Source: Alphaproteobacteria bacterium (GTDB taxonomy: Bacteria; Pseudomonadota; Alphaproteobacteria; UBA2966). From it: DNA of 64,000 nucleotides. The stretch lies in contig OZ219856.1 of NCBI GenBank assembly GCA_964291395.2, positions 352,001 to 416,000 of the forward strand, given 5' to 3'. The notes beneath the pieces are model-generated. The model did no database searches. It was given only the letters and a program-made list of their open reading frames with translations, and had not been told where the DNA came from. Of the stretch, positions 58,712 to 64,000 are shown in pieces. Every line of letters begins with the position of its first letter. Within the stretch, counting starts at the first letter, position 1. Both the position numbers and the translations under genes were made by a program.

Positions 58712-59743
58712 CTACTCGGCTGCCTTCCGGATCGCTCCGAGTTCTCGGCATCTGGGCATGACCTCCTCGACGAACAGATTCATGGATGCTTTGACCATGT
58801 CGAGCGGCAGACCGCCGAAATTCATCCAGCAGATGAGGTTGTTGATGCCGGCAACTTCGTTGAGTTCCTGGATCTTTTCGATGCAGGTTTCCGGGCCGCC
58901 GAAGATCATCTGGCCCCGTTCGTGATCGCCGATCGGGCGGAATTGGGCCGTAGACTTCATGTAATAGTCGACGTAGTCGGTGCCTTTACGCTTGGCTTCG
59001 GCATCCGACTCCGCGACGAACACGTGGCGCACGCACGTGAACGGAAAGTCGAGATCGTCGAGACCTTGGTTCGCCCGTGCCTCCCGCATGAGGTTGTGCG
59101 CCTGTCCCAGTTGATCCGGCGGCGCCCACGCCGACAGCATGTGGTAGCCGTGCTTGGCGACATAGTTGATCACCTCGTGCGTGCCCAGCCGCGTAGCGAC
59201 CCAGACCGGCGGGTGAGGCTTTTGAATCGGTCGGGGCACGAGGCTGAGCCTCGGGACATTCCAGTACTTTCCTTCATAGGTGAACTCATCCGTCGTCCAG
59301 ACGCCAAGGATGATCTCCAGGGCCTCGTTGAAGCGCTCTAGCTTCTCCTCGATGGGAACCCTCAATCCTTCGAACTCATATTTCCTGTACCCGAGCCCGA
59401 CCCCGAAATCGATGCGTCCGCCCGACAGGATGTCCGCCATCGCAACCTCTTCCGCCGTGAGCAGTGGATGTTCCAGCGGCAGAATCTTGACCGCCGTCGC
59501 GATGCGGACATTTTCGGTGATCATGGCCACGGCACAGGCCATGGCGTAGGGCGAGGCACAGACGCAGTACTCGCCGTCGACGTCCGGCACGTAAGGAACC
59601 GAGGAGAAGTGGTGCTCCGTCAGCCATACGGAGTCGAAACCGAGCCTGTCCGCCAGCTTGAACTGCTCGATATGCTCCGCGTAGACCTGGACCTCCGACT
59701 TGGTAAACGGCTGTTCCATCAGGTGAAAAGTGCCGAACTTCAT
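58712..59743 (-). CDS. LLM-class flavin-dependent oxidoreductase
   Basis: WLTEHHF, HPL..AEE, GRIDFGVG.GY, PRPIQKPHPP. Confidence 0.93.
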   Translation of the reverse strand: MKFGTFHLMEQPFTKSEVQVYAEHIEQFKLADRLGFDSVWLTEHHFSSVPYVPDVDGEYCVCASPYAMACAVAMITENVRIATAVKILPLEHPLLTAEEVAMADILSGGRIDFGVGLGYRKYEFEGLRVPIEEKLERFNEALEIILGVWTTDEFTYEGKYWNVPRLSLVPRPIQKPHPPVWVATRLGTHEVINYVAKHGYHMLSAWAPPDQLGQAHNLMREARANQGLDDLDFPFTCVRHVFVAESDAEAKRKGTDYVDYYMKSTAQFRPIGDHERGQMIFGGPETCIEKIQELNEVAGINNLICWMNFGGLPLDMVKASMNLFVEEVMPRCRELGAIRKAAE

Positions 59744-59870
59744 ATGCTTTTCCTCTACCACTGCAAGGAGCGTCGTAAATTCTGCCGTCCACTATAGACC
59801 ACGCACACCCTCCTTCGCCAAGGCCGCGGCGGGTATGCCCTCAGGAGTTGCGCAGGCTGTGACGGACGGG

Positions 59871-61037
59871 TCAGTACGACTTGGGCAGCCCCAGTTCCCG
59901 CTCGCTGATGTAATTGAGAATCATCTCGCGGCTCACCGGGGCGATGCGGGCGACGAAAATCTCGCGCAGGTAGCGTTCGACGTGGAACTCCTTGGCGTAT
60001 CCCATGCCTCCGTGAGTCATCACGGCCCGCTCGCACGCGCGGAACGCGGATTCCGCGCCGAGATACTTGGCGGCGTTGGCTTCGGCACCGCAGGGCCGTC
60101 CCTCGTCGTAGAGCTGGGCCGCCTTGAAGGCGAGCAGATTCGCGGCTTCGAGCTCGCACCAGCTCATCGCCAAGGGATGCTGGATGGCCTGGTTCTGGCC
60201 AATAGGGCGGTCGAAGACGATGCGTTCGCAGGCGTACTCCGCAGCCCGCCGAATGGCGACGCGCCCGATACCGACGGCCTCCGCCGCCACCAGGATGCGT
60301 TCCGGGTTGAGGCCGTCGAGGAGATATCGGAATCCCTTGCCCTCATCTCCAATCAAATCCTGGCTCGGCACCGGCAATCCATCGATGAATACCGAATTCG
60401 AATCGACGGCCTTCCGGCCCATCTTGTCGATCACTCGGGCCTCGATGTAGTCGCGGTCGAAGTCGGTATAGAACAGCGACATGCCGTCGGTGGGCTTGGC
60501 ACACTTTTCGATGGGTGTCGTACGGGCCAACAGCATGATTTTGGTCGCCGTCTGGGCGACGGAGGTCCAAATCTTGCGGCCGTTCACGATGTACTGGTTG
60601 CCCGACCGTTCGGCGCGCGTCTCGATCTTGGTCGTATCGAGGCCCGCGTTGGGTTCGGTGACCCCGAAGCAGATCCGATCCTCGCCCCCGATCAGGGGAG
60701 TCAGCATGCGTTCCTTTTGCTCGTCGGTGCCGTGCTTGGCGATGGGTTTCGGACTGAAAATGTTCATGTGAATGGCGGAAGCGCCCGAAAAGCACGCGCC
60801 CGATTCGGCGATGGTCTGCATCATGACCGCCGCTTCGACGACACCGAGGCCGGACCCGCCGTACTCCTCCGGCAGCGAAATCCCGAGCCATCCGCCATCC
60901 GCCACGTCCTTGGCGAACGCCTCTGGAAATCCGCCTTCCCGGTCGAGCTTCAGCCAGTAATCGTCGTCATACTTCGCGCACAGTTTCGCCACTGCGGCGC
61001 GGATGTCGTTTTGCTCTGGCGTGAGACTGGAGTCCAT
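59871..61037 (-). CDS. Acyl-CoA dehydrogenase
   Basis: FGVTEPNAG, GRKIWTS, LNPERI, HGGMGY. Confidence 0.94.
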   Translation of the reverse strand: MDSSLTPEQNDIRAAVAKLCAKYDDDYWLKLDREGGFPEAFAKDVADGGWLGISLPEEYGGSGLGVVEAAVMMQTIAESGACFSGASAIHMNIFSPKPIAKHGTDEQKERMLTPLIGGEDRICFGVTEPNAGLDTTKIETRAERSGNQYIVNGRKIWTSVAQTATKIMLLARTTPIEKCAKPTDGMSLFYTDFDRDYIEARVIDKMGRKAVDSNSVFIDGLPVPSQDLIGDEGKGFRYLLDGLNPERILVAAEAVGIGRVAIRRAAEYACERIVFDRPIGQNQAIQHPLAMSWCELEAANLLAFKAAQLYDEGRPCGAEANAAKYLGAESAFRACERAVMTHGGMGYAKEFHVERYLREIFVARIAPVSREMILNYISERELGLPKSY

Positions 61038-61138
61038 GGCTGGTATGTGGTTCGCATTCGAGTTTCCGCGAAACGGTGGCTCCGATTGTTCACGGGATCG
61101 GCTAAATTGCAAATCGAGTCGAGTGAGAGGAGCTTGTG

Positions 61139-62272
61139 ATGAAAATGCGCGCCGCCGTCCTGCACGAACAAGGCCGGGCGCGGCCGTTCGCCGACAGCAG
61201 GCCTATGACCATCGAGGAGCTCGACATCGAAGGGCCGCGCGCGGACGAAGTGCTGATCGAGATGGTGGCCGCGGGACTATGCCATTCCGATCTCTCCACT
61301 CTGCAAGGCCACCGTCCCCGCAGGCTGCCGACGGTGCTTGGCCATGAAGGCGGCGGGATCGTTCGCGAAGTCGGTCCGGGTGTCGGCGAGGTCAAGGTCG
61401 GAGACCACGTCGTGCTGGGGCCGGTGCTCGCCTGCGGCGAGTGCCGGGACTGTCTCACCGGTCATCCGGCGTTGTGCACGGCGTCGCAAGCCGCGAAATC
61501 GCACGGAACGATGCTGGACGGGACGTCCCGGTTGAGTTGGGATGGGCGGGAGATCTTCCATACCAGCGGCGTGTCCTGCTTTGCTGAATACTCCGTCGCG
61601 TCCCGCTTTTCCCTGGTGGTAATCGACCCGGATCTGCCCTTGGCGGAATCGGCTCTGTTCGGCTGTGCCGTGATGACGGGCGTGGGTGCCGTGGTGAACA
61701 CGGCGCGGGTCCCGGCCGGTGCCGCCATCGCTGTCGTGGGTCTCGGCGGCGTCGGTCTTTCGGCGATTCTCGGAGGCACCCTGGCGGGTGCCGAAAAGAT
61801 CGTCGCCGTAGATGTCCACGACGAGAAGCTGTTGCTGGCCCGGGAAATCGGCGCGACGCATTCCTTTCGGGCTTCCGACGAGGACTGCGCGGAAGCCGTC
61901 CGGGAATTGACCGACGGGGGAGTCGACTTCGCCTTCGAGATGTCCGGCGTCACGCGAGGCATGAAGACGGCCTACGACCTGGTACGACGGGGCGGCGTGA
62001 TGGTGACCGCGAGCCTGCCCGCGGCCGCCGAGGAGTTCGCCTTCAATGCTTACGATCTGGTCTCGGGTGAAAAGACCGTGCGCGGCTGTTACATGGGAAG
62101 CTGTGTGCCCAAGCGAGACATCCCCCGGTTCCTGCGCATGTACAAGCGCGGGCGGCTGCCGGTCGAGAAACTCATGAGCGCGATGATTTCCCTCGACGAC
62201 GTCAACCTTGGCTTTGACCGCTTGGCGGAAGGTAGGATGGCACGGCAGGTCATCGGCTTCACAGGAGGTTGA
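61139..62272 (+). CDS. Zn-dependent alcohol dehydrogenase
   Basis: CHSD, GHE, CxxCxxC...C, GCAV.TG, GLGGVG. Confidence 0.94.
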   Translation: MKMRAAVLHEQGRARPFADSRPMTIEELDIEGPRADEVLIEMVAAGLCHSDLSTLQGHRPRRLPTVLGHEGGGIVREVGPGVGEVKVGDHVVLGPVLACGECRDCLTGHPALCTASQAAKSHGTMLDGTSRLSWDGREIFHTSGVSCFAEYSVASRFSLVVIDPDLPLAESALFGCAVMTGVGAVVNTARVPAGAAIAVVGLGGVGLSAILGGTLAGAEKIVAVDVHDEKLLLAREIGATHSFRASDEDCAEAVRELTDGGVDFAFEMSGVTRGMKTAYDLVRRGGVMVTASLPAAAEEFAFNAYDLVSGEKTVRGCYMGSCVPKRDIPRFLRMYKRGRLPVEKLMSAMISLDDVNLGFDRLAEGRMARQVIGFTGG

Positions 62273-62293
62273 TCCCTGTTCTGGCGTGCGCTC

Positions 62294-62791
62294 ATGTCCA
62301 TTACCGTTCTGCCGGGAACGGCGCTGGTGATCGTACCGGGCGTGTTGCTTTGGGCCGGTTCCAGAACGTCCTGGGCGGCGGAACCCGGCGCAGCGTCGGC
62401 GCTCGGCCTCGCGTTTGGCGTGTTCTGCGGTGCCGTCGGGCTGGCACTCGCAGGGTGGACCGTCGTGGACTTCGCGCGCCGCGGGCGGGGAACCCTCGCG
62501 CCCTGGGATCCGCCGGTGAAACTGCTGGTGACCGGGCCCTATAGGTACGTCCGGAACCCCATGATTATCGGCGTTGCCCTGGTGCTCGTGTCGGAAGCCC
62601 TCCTGCTGCATGCCGCCTGGATCGCGGCGTGGGCCGTGATCTTTTTCCTGATCAACGCCGCGTACATCCCCAAAAGCGAGGAGCCGGGGCTCGCGCGGCG
62701 GTTTGGCGGCGACTACCAGCGCTATCGGGAAAACGTGCCCCGCTGGATTCCGAGATTGACGCCATGGCGGCCTCGCGGAGAGCCGCATTGA
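62294..62791 (+). CDS. ICMT/phospholipid methyltransferase family membrane protein
   Basis: GRGTLAPWDPP, GPYRYVRNPM, EE..L..RFG..Y..Y...VPRW. Confidence 0.88.
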   Translation: MSITVLPGTALVIVPGVLLWAGSRTSWAAEPGAASALGLAFGVFCGAVGLALAGWTVVDFARRGRGTLAPWDPPVKLLVTGPYRYVRNPMIIGVALVLVSEALLLHAAWIAAWAVIFFLINAAYIPKSEEPGLARRFGGDYQRYRENVPRWIPRLTPWRPRGEPH

Positions 62792-62804
62792 GGCTCACTC
62801 CGCG

Positions 62805-63983
62805 CTACGGCCCGCCGTAAAGCCAGTCCAGTCCTTCCAGGGCTTTCTCCTGGGTCCGGGCGCCGAGCAGTTGGTTTCGGAGATCCCGCCGAACACCGTC
62901 CGCGTGGTAGACGTCGCCGAGAAACCGCGCCATGAGCTGCACCCGCCCGGTCCTCAGGTAGCGGTCTTTCTGATAGGCTTTGAAGGCTCTTTCCGGATCG
63001 CCGCCGGACTCGGCGATCTTGTCCGCCACGCAAAGGCCGTCCTCGATGGCCATGGCGGCACCTTGTGCGAAGTACTGCAGCATCGGATGGGCGGCATCGC
63101 CGATCAGCGTGATCCGGCCTCGGGACCACACGTCCGTGGGTTCCCGGTCGCACAAAACCCACATGCGCCAGTCCGCGACCTTCTCGATGAGACTCATCGG
63201 TAGCGGCCCGACGTCGGCGAAATGTCGCATCAGCTCATCCCGGTCGCCGGGCTCGTTCCATCCCTCGACGTACGTGTCGCTGTGGAAGACGGCGACGACA
63301 TTGAACAGCTCCCAATCGCGGATCGGGTAGTGGATGAGATGGTTGCGCGGAGCGGCCCAAAGGAGGGCGGCGTTCTGCCTGAGCCCTTCGGGAACTTGGT
63401 CCATGGATAGCACGGCCCGGTAGGCGACGTGCCCCGAGACCTGTGGCATCTCTTCGCCGAATAGACAGGCACGCACGACGGACCAGAGGCCGTCGGCGCC
63501 GATCAGCGCGCGTCCTCGGTATTTGCTGCCGTCTTCGGTCTCGACGGTCACCTGTTCGCCGTCGTCACGAACCTGCACCACCCGGCGCGACGTCTCGAGC
63601 GTGATATGCTCCGAGGCCCGGCACGCTTCGACCAGCACGTCGAGCATGTCGGCCCGATGGTGGATGGCGTAGGGATAGCCGTAACGTTCCTGGCAGGCGT
63701 CCTTGACCCGCACCCGCGTGATCTCCTGGCCAGTGAGGCCGTCCATCATCGACAGATGATCGACGAACACCGCTTTCTCCTTCATTTGTTCCATGACCCC
63801 GAGACGATCGCAGGCGCGAAACACGTTTGGGGCCAGATGGATGCCGGCGCCGATCTCGCGAAACTCGGACGATTGCTCCAGCACGCGGCTCGGAATACCC
63901 CGTCGGGACAATGCCAGCGCGGTGGCGAGTCCTCCGAGGCCGCCGCCCGCGATCAGGACTTCCGCGCCGTTGGTGTTGTTCAC
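62805..63983 (-). CDS. FAD-dependent aromatic monooxygenase (3-hydroxybenzoate 6-hydroxylase-like)
   Basis: GGGLGG, IGAGI, GADG, GDAAHPMLQYFAQGAAMAIED. Confidence 0.9.
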   Translation of the reverse strand: MNNTNGAEVLIAGGGLGGLATALALSRRGIPSRVLEQSSEFREIGAGIHLAPNVFRACDRLGVMEQMKEKAVFVDHLSMMDGLTGQEITRVRVKDACQERYGYPYAIHHRADMLDVLVEACRASEHITLETSRRVVQVRDDGEQVTVETEDGSKYRGRALIGADGLWSVVRACLFGEEMPQVSGHVAYRAVLSMDQVPEGLRQNAALLWAAPRNHLIHYPIRDWELFNVVAVFHSDTYVEGWNEPGDRDELMRHFADVGPLPMSLIEKVADWRMWVLCDREPTDVWSRGRITLIGDAAHPMLQYFAQGAAMAIEDGLCVADKIAESGGDPERAFKAYQKDRYLRTGRVQLMARFLGDVYHADGVRRDLRNQLLGARTQEKALEGLDWLYGGP

Positions 63984-64000
63984 GCTCTCTCCGCTCGAGG

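Overview
High-GC (roughly two-thirds G+C, estimated by eye) alphaproteobacterial chromosome segment, probably Rhodospirillales-like (inferred from the purQ/S/C, DUF1476, purB, radC, map, sfsA backbone). A housekeeping backbone plus tRNA-Leu(TAA) is interleaved with dense accessory catabolic cargo: amidohydrolases, TRAP and ABC transporters, three Rieske oxygenases, TauD/PhyH dioxygenases, SDRs, creatinase, dihydropyrimidinase and hydantoinase/oxoprolinase. Main highlights: (1) a complete but divergent urease-like cluster (ureE-F-AB-C-G-D) with intact Ni ligands but remodelled urea-binding loops, transcribed divergently from a dihydropyrimidinase/amidohydrolase operon and preceded by a leader that can fold two mutually exclusive ways; (2) a duplicated amidohydrolase-TAXI-TRAP operon that lost complementary genes and left reciprocal remnants; (3) a halohydrin dehalogenase and an archaeal-type FBP aldolase/phosphatase; (4) three miniature IS-derived elements, a degenerate tRNA att-like repeat, 21-bp tandem repeats and a perfect 99-bp in-gene duplication. 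No CRISPR array, rRNA, integrase or intact transposase was seen. All calls come from motif recognition by eye; no database searches were run.
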